A stretch of DNA of 64,000 nt, taken from assembly GCA_041690135.1 (NCBI GenBank), contig JAWLHY010000001.1:800001-864000 (forward strand), read 5' to 3'. Source of the DNA: Armatimonadota bacterium. GTDB lineage: Bacteria > Armatimonadota > SYMT01. Position 1 is the first letter of the stretch. The number at the start of each line of letters is the position of its first letter. Shown one piece after another: positions 55,133 to 64,000 of this stretch. The notes under the pieces were generated by a model. It saw nothing but the letters and a program-made list of their open reading frames with translations. It made no database searches and was not told where the DNA came from. The position numbers were made by a program, and so were the translations under genes.

Positions 55133-57034
55133 ATGCCCTCCCTCGCTACCGGCGATACCTCGTTACAGCAGCGGCTGCACCGCCGCGAGCGCGAACTCCG
55201 TGCCATCCACCGGATCACGGCGGCGCTCCACGCCCGCACCGGCCTCGACGAACTGGAGCGGGAGGCGCTCAACGCGGCCATCGAGACGTTGAGCGCGGCG
55301 GGCGGGACGATCTACCTCCACGATCCGGTACGGAAGGTCCTGGTTTTCCGCTATGTCGTCGGTGCCAGTCCGGAGATCACCCGGAAATTGACCGGGATGG
55401 AGATGCCGGACGACCAGGGCATTGCCGGCGAAGTTTTCCGCACCGGAGAGAGCCGGATCACGCTGCGGGTCTCCGATGACGAGGCGCACTACGCCGAGAT
55501 CGACGCCCGGACCAACTTCCGCACCGAAAGCGCTCTCACCGCACCTTTACGGAGCGTGGGGGGCAAAATGCTGGGGGTGATGCAGCTCCAGAACCGCCAG
55601 GAAGGGCAGTTCGACGACGCCGACCTCGAACTGTTGGAGATCGTCGCCACCCAGGCCGCCTCCGCAATCGAGACAGCGTGTTTGTATGAGGAGGCCCGGC
55701 GTGCCGCCGAGAGCCGGCTGAACCGGCGTGAACGCGAGTTGCGGGCTATTCGCCGGATCACCGCCGCCCTGCACGCGCGCACCAACCTGGACGAACTGGA
55801 GCGTGAAGCCCTCAACACGGCGATCGAAACCCTGGAGGCGTCCGGCGGCACCATTTACCTTCACGATCCCAATAAGAAGGTTCTGATCTTCCGTTACGTG
55901 GTGGGAGCCACCCCGGAAATCACGAAGAAACTGACCGGTCTGGAGATGCCGGACGACCGGGGCATTTCCGGCGAAGTGTTCCACTCGGGAGAGGGCCGGA
56001 TCACCCTGAAGGTGTCGGAAGACAGCAGCCACAACCGCGAAGTCGACGCCCGCACCCAGTTCCGAACGGAGAGCACCATTACCGTGCCGCTGAAGAGCAT
56101 GGCGGGGCACACGCTGGGGGTGATGCAGCTACTCAACCGGCGGCAAGGTCACTTCGATGAGGACGACCTGGAGGTACTGGCGATCATCAGTGCCCAGGCG
56201 GCTTCCGCCATCGAGACGGCCCGGCTTTATGAAGAAGCCCGGCGTGCCTCGGTCATCCACCTGATCGGCGATATCAGCCACGACGTGAAGAACTTCCTGA
56301 CGCCGGTCGTGACGGGTACCCAGACGCTCGAGATGATGATGGACTCGATGTTCGAGGACCTCCAGCGGGAGATCCCGAACCTGCCCGAGCCGAACCGTAA
56401 GGCCGTCGATTGGGCGGTGGGCGGCGTACGCGACTTCTACCAGGAAGCGGTGGGGATGGTGTACGACGGCGCGCGGGACGCCCAGGAGAGGGTTAGGGAG
56501 ATCGCCGACGCCATCAAGGGGATCACTTCCAAGCCGCACTTCGAGCTCACGGACATCCGCGAGCGAGTAGAGCAGGTCGCCAAGTACCTCAAGCCCGTGG
56601 CCGAGCGGGAGTCCGTGACCATCGACCTTTCCGGCATCCGGGACACCGAGCCCGTGGAGATCGACCGAAAGGGCTTCTACAACGCCCTTTACAACCTGAT
56701 CAACAACGCCATACCGGAAACGCCGGCGGGCGGAATGATCATGGTCCGCACGCAGGCGATCGACTTCGAAGGGCGGCCCGGCCTGGAGATCCAGGTGGCG
56801 GACACCGGCAAGGGCATGCCTTGCCATGTCCGCGAGCGGATTCTCTCCGGGGACAGCATCAGCACCAAGCCCGGCGGAACGGGCCTGGGCACTAAGATTG
56901 TCCTCAATGTGGTGGAACTTCACCACGGGAAGATCGACATCTGGAGCGAACCGGGAAAGGGCACCACCTTCATTATCCGGATCCCTCTGCGACAGCCGCG
57001 TCCGGAGCCGGAAGGTGCCGTAGCCCCCGCGTGA
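55133..57034 (+). CDS. Cytoplasmic GAF-GAF histidine kinase
   Basis: Two near-identical GAF repeats; H-box SHDVKN, N-box NLINNA, DTGKGM and GTGLG. Confidence 0.92.
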   Translation: MPSLATGDTSLQQRLHRRERELRAIHRITAALHARTGLDELEREALNAAIETLSAAGGTIYLHDPVRKVLVFRYVVGASPEITRKLTGMEMPDDQGIAGEVFRTGESRITLRVSDDEAHYAEIDARTNFRTESALTAPLRSVGGKMLGVMQLQNRQEGQFDDADLELLEIVATQAASAIETACLYEEARRAAESRLNRRERELRAIRRITAALHARTNLDELEREALNTAIETLEASGGTIYLHDPNKKVLIFRYVVGATPEITKKLTGLEMPDDRGISGEVFHSGEGRITLKVSEDSSHNREVDARTQFRTESTITVPLKSMAGHTLGVMQLLNRRQGHFDEDDLEVLAIISAQAASAIETARLYEEARRASVIHLIGDISHDVKNFLTPVVTGTQTLEMMMDSMFEDLQREIPNLPEPNRKAVDWAVGGVRDFYQEAVGMVYDGARDAQERVREIADAIKGITSKPHFELTDIRERVEQVAKYLKPVAERESVTIDLSGIRDTEPVEIDRKGFYNALYNLINNAIPETPAGGMIMVRTQAIDFEGRPGLEIQVADTGKGMPCHVRERILSGDSISTKPGGTGLGTKIVLNVVELHHGKIDIWSEPGKGTTFIIRIPLRQPRPEPEGAVAPA

Positions 57035-57067
57035 TATACGGGTAACCTTCCGGGTATCATAGTTCCA

Positions 57068-58039
57068 ATGAGCTTCTTGGATACCCTCAAGGAAGTCTCC
57101 GCCCATACGGTGCGGAAGGAAGCGGCGCGCCTGTTTGTCCTGGCCATTGCCGGCGACAAAGACAGCGTGGACGCCGTGTGCGCGCAACTCCTCGACGGCG
57201 CAAGCCCGGAGGAGCGACAGGTTGCCGCGACCTACCTGTTTTGCGCCTCGCCGCCCTACTCGGAAGCAGACGAAAAGCGGCTGCGCCATGCGGACCTGCT
57301 TGTATCGCTTCCGGGAGGGCCGGGCCTCACCGATTTCCGTCCGGCGGATACCCTCCAGGTCGCGCGCCCCGAGGATCTCGTCGGACACGTGCTGGAACAC
57401 CGTCCCGACCTGTGGGTGCCGTTGGGCCGCCGTCTGCCGGGCTTCCGGCAGCAGGCCGCCGAATCGGTCATCCGCGGCGTGAGCCGGGTCAACGCGGAGT
57501 TTGCCGCCATCGCGGGGATTCCCACGGTACTGCCGGTCCTCGGCCCCGTCCTGGGGGTGGTGGCCGGCGCGGACGTCCTCATCCTGACCAAGAACCAGGT
57601 CCTGATGATCTTCCGCCTGGCGGCAATCTACGGAGAGGATCTCGGCCTCCGAGACCGCTACCGGGAAGTGTTAACGGTGATTGGCGGCGCCTTCGGCTGG
57701 CGGACCCTGGCCCGGCATGTCCTGGGTCTGGTACCGGGTGGGGTCGGCCTGGGGATACGGGCGCTCATCGCCTACTCGGGAACCTACGCCACCGGTCGCG
57801 TCGCGCAGATGCTCTTCGACGAGGGCCGCCGTCCCGATCGCCGGGAGATGCGCCGGATCTACGAGGATGCCGCCGCGCTGGCGAAGGGGACGCTCGACAC
57901 CCTGCGCCCGAAGCGGGAGCTACCGGAAGAACGCAAAGCCCTCCCGGAAGGGAGCCTACCGGACCTATCAGATCAGGAGACTTCGGACAGCGAGAGTTCC
58001 ACCGCCCCAACGGCACCTTCGGGCAAGACGGATATGTAG
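57068..58039 (+). CDS. DUF697/YcjF-like protein
   Basis: D..ILTKNQVLMIFRLAAIYG, GGAFGWRTLAR and IAYSGTYATG. Confidence 0.7.
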   Translation: MSFLDTLKEVSAHTVRKEAARLFVLAIAGDKDSVDAVCAQLLDGASPEERQVAATYLFCASPPYSEADEKRLRHADLLVSLPGGPGLTDFRPADTLQVARPEDLVGHVLEHRPDLWVPLGRRLPGFRQQAAESVIRGVSRVNAEFAAIAGIPTVLPVLGPVLGVVAGADVLILTKNQVLMIFRLAAIYGEDLGLRDRYREVLTVIGGAFGWRTLARHVLGLVPGGVGLGIRALIAYSGTYATGRVAQMLFDEGRRPDRREMRRIYEDAAALAKGTLDTLRPKRELPEERKALPEGSLPDLSDQETSDSESSTAPTAPSGKTDM

Positions 58040-58044
58040 GGGAC

Positions 58045-58368
58045 TTACCCGTTCTTGTAGTCGATGAAGTCCGCAAGGTCCTGAACCGTTCCGTGAGCGA
58101 TCCATCGCTGGAGTTCATCGAGACCAGCGTCCGGAATCGTCAGGCCCAGACTCGCTGACAGTTCCAGGCCCTCTTCCAGCAGCATCGTAAATTCGATCAG
58201 GTCCAGAGAATCGTCCGTGAGCTCGCTGGCGGGTACCTCTCCGCGGGAGGCGTTGTCCGGCGCTCCCCGGTCCATGAGGATGCGGATCCGGGTTTCCGGC
58301 TTGATCACAGCTTCTTCGATACCGATGGCTGCAGCGAGCACCCGGCGGAGCTTCTCAAAGGTCGTCAT
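58045..58368 (-). CDS. Acyl-carrier-protein-like protein with insertions
   Basis: TFEKLRRVL...I.PET...DSLDLIEFTMLLEE...IPD...TVQDLADFI. Confidence 0.72.
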   Translation of the reverse strand: MTTFEKLRRVLAAAIGIEEAVIKPETRIRILMDRGAPDNASRGEVPASELTDDSLDLIEFTMLLEEGLELSASLGLTIPDAGLDELQRWIAHGTVQDLADFIDYKNG

Positions 58369-58553
58369 CGCAGTTTCTTCACCTACCTGGCGGCCCTACG
58401 GCGGGAATCACCGATCACGAGTATGGAAACGTAGGAGCCCCGGCTCTGGTTGCCCTCGGCATGTACCCGATCAGCGCCTGCAAACACGCACGCCCTAACG
58501 CACCCCGCCGCCCTTGCACCGATCCGTGGTCGCCGCCGGGTACGAAACTCCAC

Positions 58554-59252
58554 CTACGGCGGCGAAACGCGCCGGTACTCGACAAACTTTCCCTCCTCAT
58601 CGAGCAGCGGGACCAGGATGCGATCGTAGGGCTCCTTCGCATTCTTTCGGACATAGACCTCCGCGCCATCTTCCGCGTTGCCGATCGTTCGCAGTTCGGC
58701 GGTGGTATCCGCAATCGTCCGTTCTTCGGCCGCTCTCCAGGTCCGGTCTTCGAACCGAAGTTCCATCGGCATGCCGGTACTGCGGAACTCCTTCTGGGAA
58801 GGGGCAGCGGGGGCCGTTTCCGCCGGTTTCGGCGACTTGCGCTCGGAGGGGGTTGGTTCGCCCGTCTTTCCGGTTGTGGACGGGTGGCGAGTGACCGCGC
58901 CTTCTCCGGCGCGCTCACCTTCTTCCCGAGTGCCATCCTCTCGTTCAATGATGATGGTCCGTTCCCGCACCACGGGCGGGCTGGCCGGCTGGGTAGGTTC
59001 GGCAGGCGCCGCGGGCGGCGAGGGTTCTACCGGTTGGGTGGGTTCCGCCGGCGGTGGCGTTGCGGGGGCACCCGGAGGCGGGAAGGGGACGATCTCCGGA
59101 CTGTCCGGAGGTGACGGGGCCTGCACCACCGTGGTAGAGTCAGGGGCGTCGCCGCGGTTCGAGGCGACGATAGCCATGGTAAAGATGAACAGCGCGACGA
59201 CCGCTGCAAGGATTGCCCAGAACCAGGGCTGGCGGTGCACCGGACCCGACAT
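58554..59252 (-). CDS. Membrane-anchored Pro-rich hypothetical protein
   Basis: N-terminal TM helix, repeated PAEPTQP, small C-terminal domain. Confidence 0.75.
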   Translation of the reverse strand: MSGPVHRQPWFWAILAAVVALFIFTMAIVASNRGDAPDSTTVVQAPSPPDSPEIVPFPPPGAPATPPPAEPTQPVEPSPPAAPAEPTQPASPPVVRERTIIIEREDGTREEGERAGEGAVTRHPSTTGKTGEPTPSERKSPKPAETAPAAPSQKEFRSTGMPMELRFEDRTWRAAEERTIADTTAELRTIGNAEDGAEVYVRKNAKEPYDRILVPLLDEEGKFVEYRRVSPP

Positions 59253-59351
59253 GGAAAACTCCCGTATCTATGAGAAGAACCGGCGCTAGAGGCCGTATCT
59301 TTCGCTCAGGCGATACCCGGTGCGGGGCGCGCCACAAACAGAGGAGCTTTG

Positions 59352-59552
59352 ATGGACCCGACCCTTTTGATTGCGGTGGGCGTGCTGCACCTGGTTGCGG
59401 CCGTTGATGTATGGTTTTCGCAACTGACGCGCACGGCCAAAACCCTGTGGACCCTGGCGCTGGTCTTCCTGCCGGTTATCGGTATCGTGGCCTGGCTGTT
59501 GACCCGAAGCTCGGCCCACCAGGGCGTGGATGAGGGAGCGCTCGCCGGTTAG
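59352..59552 (+). CDS. Small PLDc_N-like two-TM protein
   Basis: A.VDV......K.LW...VFLPVIG..AWLL; GAGGAG ribosome-binding site. Confidence 0.78.
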   Translation: MDPTLLIAVGVLHLVAAVDVWFSQLTRTAKTLWTLALVFLPVIGIVAWLLTRSSAHQGVDEGALAG

Positions 59553-59671
59553 CCTGACCGGCGCTCCGCCGTTGCGCGGATCGAATTGAAGAGGAGAGGA
59601 ATGGGGAATGGGGGGATGCTTCCATTCCTCCATTCCCCGTTTCTACGCGGTGGAAAGCTGCCGCACCGGGA

Positions 59672-61579
59672 TTAGCGAAACGCCCGGGACCAGAGGATAC
59701 CGCCGCCACCCACCAGGTGATTGCTCCCCAGGCGCTGGTCGAGGAACGCAATGGCCAGCAGACCGCCGCCAAGGCTCCGCCGCACTCGCAGCGTTGCGCG
59801 CTCTTCCACGTCTTCCCGACGCGCGTATTCGACGAAGACATCCAGCTTGTGCTGATGGTAGAACCACGGCACGTAGAAGCCGGCCGTATAGATCTGCCGG
59901 TTGTGGCTATCGATGCCGGCCTCCCCATACACGTCCAGGACGTTCTTCTTGATGGGATGGGCTCCGTCCACGGACCAACCGATGCTGGTCTCCTCCTCCC
60001 GGTTGAAGAGCGCGGAATAGCCGGCATACCCCAGACCCACCGGCGCTTGCCCACGCAGGAAGCCGCCGGAGAAGCCGCCGTCCCGGAACACGTCGGAGTC
60101 GATGACGTAACCACCCATTTGCCGGAATCGACCCTTGATCGGCAACTCGTAGAGGATGGTATCGGAACTCTCCAGGTCGAGGAGGGTTCCCGTGCGCGTG
60201 TTGTTGGCGGGACCGAGGAAGAGGTGCTGCCGGCCAGCGGTCAGCTTTCCGTATTTCCCCTTCACCTCGAAAAAGGCTTCACTCAGGTCGTGCTCGCTCT
60301 GCCCGTTCAGTAACTGATAGCGGTAACCGATTTCGGTATAAATGTCGCCGGAAACCGCCTGGTAGCGAAGGCGCGTCCCGAGGACATCATCGTCGTTGGT
60401 GCCGATAGCGAACGGCTCAAACCGCCACACCTGGTTCTTTCCGGCTTCCACGGCGGGAGCCCGGGTGAGCACCTGCGGCTGAAAGATCCGCTCCGGTGAG
60501 GGGAGCTGTGTGTTCTGCGCCAGGAAGATCGGCTGTCGCTGGGACGATTGCGCGCCCAGCCCGCGGAAGCCGCGGAGCCCGAACTTGCCCGGAGAGTCGC
60601 CCGGGCCGAAGTCGCAGAAGAACTGGTTGTCGTCCTCCGTGCTGTCGCGGATCGCGCGGCGGAATGGGAACTCCCGATCCTGGATGTCTTCGTGGGTCGC
60701 GGTACCGGGAAGCACGTAATTCTGCGTGCCGTCCTCCATCTGCTGGAAGTAGGGAGTGCGCTGAATGTAGGCGAAGTTCTCGTTCGGCACGCGGTAGGCC
60801 GGCCGCGGCCCGCCGTTCCGCGGAACCGTCGTTCCGGTATTGCGGCCCAACTCCACGACGTCGGCACCCGGCTTCTGGGCCAGCACATAGCCGCTCACCG
60901 GCGCGCCCGGAGCGGGTACCGGGACTGCGGGGGCAAAAGTAACGGTGCCGGTGGCCGGGTCGAATGCCGTGACCTGCCGCCGTTGACCATTGAGCGGCCC
61001 GTCTACGAAACGGATCTCCCCCCCTCGCCAGTCCTCCGTCGCATCGATCAGGTTCGGGTCCACCAGTGTGGTCGCCGTTAGGGCCGTAGGGCTTCCGGCT
61101 GCGACCGGGTTGTCCTCCGAGGAAACAAAGACGCGGCCTTCGTAGCAGCGCACTTCCGCCTCACCCGTCTCCTCATTCACCTGGAAGTGGACCTTGGTGC
61201 CGCGTACGGCGGCGATGGCATTACCGCCGGAGATCCGCCCGGGAGCCCGGAAATCCATCACCACCTGTCCCCGAAGGAGGCGGGCCTGGCGACGGTCGGC
61301 ACTGGTGACGACCAGTTCGCTTAGTTCTCCCAGGCGGAGAATGCTCATATCGGGGAAGCGCACGCCCACGGCGGAACGCCCACCGGTCCGCACTCGCTCG
61401 CCCTGTTGAATGGGGGTGTCGATCGGTGCATCCACCAGGCGCCCCTGCGGCCCCGTCGTCTTCTTGACAACCCGCACGACCTCTCGCACCCGCGCTACCT
61501 TCGGGGCCTGCGCCTGGGTAACGGCGGGTACCCCCGTGAGTACTGCGGCCAGTCCTAACCCTACTCCGCTTGCACGCAT
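59672..61579 (-). CDS. Secreted FecR-domain protein with inserted domain and probable C-terminal beta-barrel
   Basis: GERVRTG..S...F.D.S.LRLG, AAVRGT and EGRVFV; C-terminal alternating aromatic/Gly strands. Confidence 0.78.
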   Translation of the reverse strand: MRASGVGLGLAAVLTGVPAVTQAQAPKVARVREVVRVVKKTTGPQGRLVDAPIDTPIQQGERVRTGGRSAVGVRFPDMSILRLGELSELVVTSADRRQARLLRGQVVMDFRAPGRISGGNAIAAVRGTKVHFQVNEETGEAEVRCYEGRVFVSSEDNPVAAGSPTALTATTLVDPNLIDATEDWRGGEIRFVDGPLNGQRRQVTAFDPATGTVTFAPAVPVPAPGAPVSGYVLAQKPGADVVELGRNTGTTVPRNGGPRPAYRVPNENFAYIQRTPYFQQMEDGTQNYVLPGTATHEDIQDREFPFRRAIRDSTEDDNQFFCDFGPGDSPGKFGLRGFRGLGAQSSQRQPIFLAQNTQLPSPERIFQPQVLTRAPAVEAGKNQVWRFEPFAIGTNDDDVLGTRLRYQAVSGDIYTEIGYRYQLLNGQSEHDLSEAFFEVKGKYGKLTAGRQHLFLGPANNTRTGTLLDLESSDTILYELPIKGRFRQMGGYVIDSDVFRDGGFSGGFLRGQAPVGLGYAGYSALFNREEETSIGWSVDGAHPIKKNVLDVYGEAGIDSHNRQIYTAGFYVPWFYHQHKLDVFVEYARREDVEERATLRVRRSLGGGLLAIAFLDQRLGSNHLVGGGGILWSRAFR

Positions 61580-61660
61580 CTTGCTTTCACTATCTCCCAC
61601 ACGCCGCACGCCGGCCGAGCCGGGCGCGGGCGTTTCAATTCACTCGTTCCGACCGGGCTC

Positions 61661-64000
61661 TTAGCGCCGGCGCAGTTCGCATCCAAAAGCCCGGATCTGG
61701 ACGCGGGCCACCTTCTTCTTCGCGTCGTTGGAGAAGATCCGGATCTCGGCGGGGTATCTCGCATGGCGAACCGGTCTGAACTCCACCCGTACCTGCAGGC
61801 TTTCTCCGGGAGCCAGTCCAAAGTAGTACCGCTCCCCGTCGCCGAGCGGGGTCGGCGTATCCTTCTTCAGCAGAATCCGGAAGGGATCGCCCAGGTTCGT
61901 CATCTCCGCGGTAAGGAAGCCCTTACCGATATTGCGGATGGTGAACTCCCGCTGCACTGTGTCGTTCAGGTCCACCAGTCCGAAATTGAGGGTGGCGGGT
62001 GTGATCTGGATGCGACCTGGAACATAGGCGGCCACCGTAAAGCTGCCGCCCGGCTCCGTCGCCTGATTTCCCGAGGCATCCTGCGCGCGGATCGCTACGG
62101 TGTAGGTCACGGTCTGTAACGTGTCATTGGCCGGCGCCGTGAACTGCCCCTCGTAGACGTTGTTGCCCACGTGGGTGAGCGGCACCTGGGCGATGACCGC
62201 CGCCGACCGCGGTCGGTTGCGCTTCTTGCCCTTCTTCCCCTTCACCACCGGCGGCTCGAGGCTCACTTCCGCCGTCACCTGGTCGACACCCACGTTGTCG
62301 TTGACGGTCGCGCGGATGGTAACCGTCCCCCCATCCGCAGTAAGGGAGTCCGGGGTAACCACCGGTGCGGAGATGACGGGCGCCGTGGTGTCGGGAGCCG
62401 CTACCGTCACCGTGCCGCAGTCCTGGCTCGTGCTGTTTCCTGCCGCGTCCTCTGCTTTGAGGGCGACGGTGTATACCACGGGCATCGAAGCGGCGTTTCC
62501 AGCCAGGGTGAAGAGCGCCGACCAGTTGTCGCCCGAGCCCCGCGTCAACGGAACGTCCACCGGCGAGCCCCCTGCGGGAGTGACCGTCGCCTTCACGGCG
62601 CCGACGCCCACATTATCCGTAATGACGGCCGTCAGGTTGATCTGACCGCCGGTGTGCGGAAGCTCCGTGGGGTCCACCGAGCAACTCACGATCTCGGGGG
62701 CGACACCGTCCGCCGCTTCCTGCGTGATGGTGCCGCAGTCGACATGGGTCTCGTTTCCGACCGCGTCGTAGGCGAACAACTTGACGGTGTACACCTTCTC
62801 TACCGGGTCGGGGTTGAGGGGAATGGGAATATCGGCGCTGAAGTCGTTCTCCGAGCCCGGCTCCAGGGGCACGGCAAAGGACGTAGTGTCCGGGCGGATC
62901 ACCAGTGCCTGGACGTACTCCACCGCCACATTGTCCACGATGGTGGCGTCGATCGGCACCAACCCACCCTCGACCGGGAGGGTGTCGGTGCCCAGGGCAC
63001 AGTCGATGATTACCGGCGACACGTCGTCGACACCCGCCACGGTCACCTGTATTCCGGGCAGGCGGTTGGTATTGCCGTTGATATCGGTGGCTTCAAATTC
63101 CACCAGGTAGTATTTCGGGACCGAGTCAAGGTTCTCCGGGATCGGAATGCTGCCTTCGTACTTGTCCGCCAGGGTCTCCCCCAGTTGGACGCGCGTCTCG
63201 GACTCGTCCGGATGGAACACCACGGCCTCTACCCGGTCGATGCCGAGGTTGTCCACCGCCAGCACCTTGGCCTGAACATCCCCGCCCGCAGCGAGCAACT
63301 CCGTGGGGCTGAGGAACGGGTCCAGGAGGGTGGGGACCTGACAATCGATCAGTGCGACTGTAAAGTCGCGGCCGGTACTAACCTCTTCCGTGAAGCCTGC
63401 CACGGCGATGTTGCCGAACGGATCGGTATCCACGGCGCGCGCGACGTCCTCCGCTTCCGCGGTACCCGCATAGGTGCGACGCCAGTTGAGCGTCCCCGTC
63501 GGACTGTATCGCACCACTTCGAAATCCTGGTGCGCCTCGCCGATCGTGGTGACCATCGCCGACACGATGAAATCGTGTGCGTCGAGGGCGAGATCCCGCA
63601 CCTCTTGATCTCCCGCCTCGGCGATCTGCCGCGTCCAGGTCGCGGAGCCCGTGCCGCTGTTCAACTTGACGATCAGGTGGTCGTACCCGTTGCCCTCCGT
63701 GGCCACATTGCCGGCCGCGACCACCTGGTTTTGCGAATCGATCGCCACGTCGGTGGCCACGTCGTCCGTAAAAGTGGACTGAGTGGGGTAAATGTAGATC
63801 CAGTCCTGGTCACCCGTGGCGCCGGACAGCTTGACTACCGCAAACTCCCTTGCTTCTCCCGAAGGAGCGAGCCACCCAGCAATCACCACGTTTCCCGCAG
63901 CGTCCGTCGCCACGTCGTGGCCCGTGCCCGCAACGGGCTCGTTCATCAAGTCGACACGCTTGATCCAGTGATCCGTGAGACCGAAGTCCCCGTCGATCTT
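61661..64000 (-). CDS. Large surface protein, 5-prime partial: beta-propeller repeats, four Ig-like repeats and an ASH/choice-of-anchor-D-like C-domain
   Basis: Frame is open to the window edge; D..GN...aG repeats; four DN.(g/a)(v/i)..V.A...A.D..GN repeats; LNFGLV...IRNIGKG.L...I.SND. Confidence 0.82.
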   Translation of the reverse strand, partial: KIDGDFGLTDHWIKRVDLMNEPVAGTGHDVATDAAGNVVIAGWLAPSGEAREFAVVKLSGATGDQDWIYIYPTQSTFTDDVATDVAIDSQNQVVAAGNVATEGNGYDHLIVKLNSGTGSATWTRQIAEAGDQEVRDLALDAHDFIVSAMVTTIGEAHQDFEVVRYSPTGTLNWRRTYAGTAEAEDVARAVDTDPFGNIAVAGFTEEVSTGRDFTVALIDCQVPTLLDPFLSPTELLAAGGDVQAKVLAVDNLGIDRVEAVVFHPDESETRVQLGETLADKYEGSIPIPENLDSVPKYYLVEFEATDINGNTNRLPGIQVTVAGVDDVSPVIIDCALGTDTLPVEGGLVPIDATIVDNVAVEYVQALVIRPDTTSFAVPLEPGSENDFSADIPIPLNPDPVEKVYTVKLFAYDAVGNETHVDCGTITQEAADGVAPEIVSCSVDPTELPHTGGQINLTAVITDNVGVGAVKATVTPAGGSPVDVPLTRGSGDNWSALFTLAGNAASMPVVYTVALKAEDAAGNSTSQDCGTVTVAAPDTTAPVISAPVVTPDSLTADGGTVTIRATVNDNVGVDQVTAEVSLEPPVVKGKKGKKRNRPRSAAVIAQVPLTHVGNNVYEGQFTAPANDTLQTVTYTVAIRAQDASGNQATEPGGSFTVAAYVPGRIQITPATLNFGLVDLNDTVQREFTIRNIGKGFLTAEMTNLGDPFRILLKKDTPTPLGDGERYYFGLAPGESLQVRVEFRPVRHARYPAEIRIFSNDAKKKVARVQIRAFGCELRRR

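Overview
GC-rich bacterial chromosomal window with about 47 genes and one tRNA. There is no rRNA, CRISPR array, integrase or intact transposase. Many lipoproteins, secreted proteins, c-type cytochromes and a likely outer-membrane barrel point to a diderm. An Armatimonadota/PVC-like environmental lineage is a guess only. Recognisable genes include ribH, ribBA, ftsY, a GH13_8-type glgB, an AmpG-like MFS transporter, a class I aminotransferase, a BMP-type ABC transporter, an HDAC-family deacetylase, an M48 peptidase and tRNA-Met(CAT). The main candidate for an undescribed system is a six-gene minus-strand cluster at 3791-10176, ending at a terminator: canonical FHA, degenerate FHA, membrane-anchored ParA, soluble ParA, lid-less atypical Hsp70 and a divergent GrpE-like protein. 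Both ParAs lack the Soj DNA-binding arginines, the FHA pair shares an unusual N-terminal motif, and four of the proteins carry Trp-containing amphipathic segments. Together these suggest a phospho-regulated, membrane-associated chaperone/positioning module (inference). Other leads are a three-unit REP/BIME-like array, a lipoprotein that appears to need an ATC start, an unannotated 50-aa basic protein, ftsY and a DNA methyltransferase sharing one CATG start, a MauG-type peroxidase with a partner gene, and a FecR protein with an inserted domain. All family calls come from reading motifs by eye; no database search was run.
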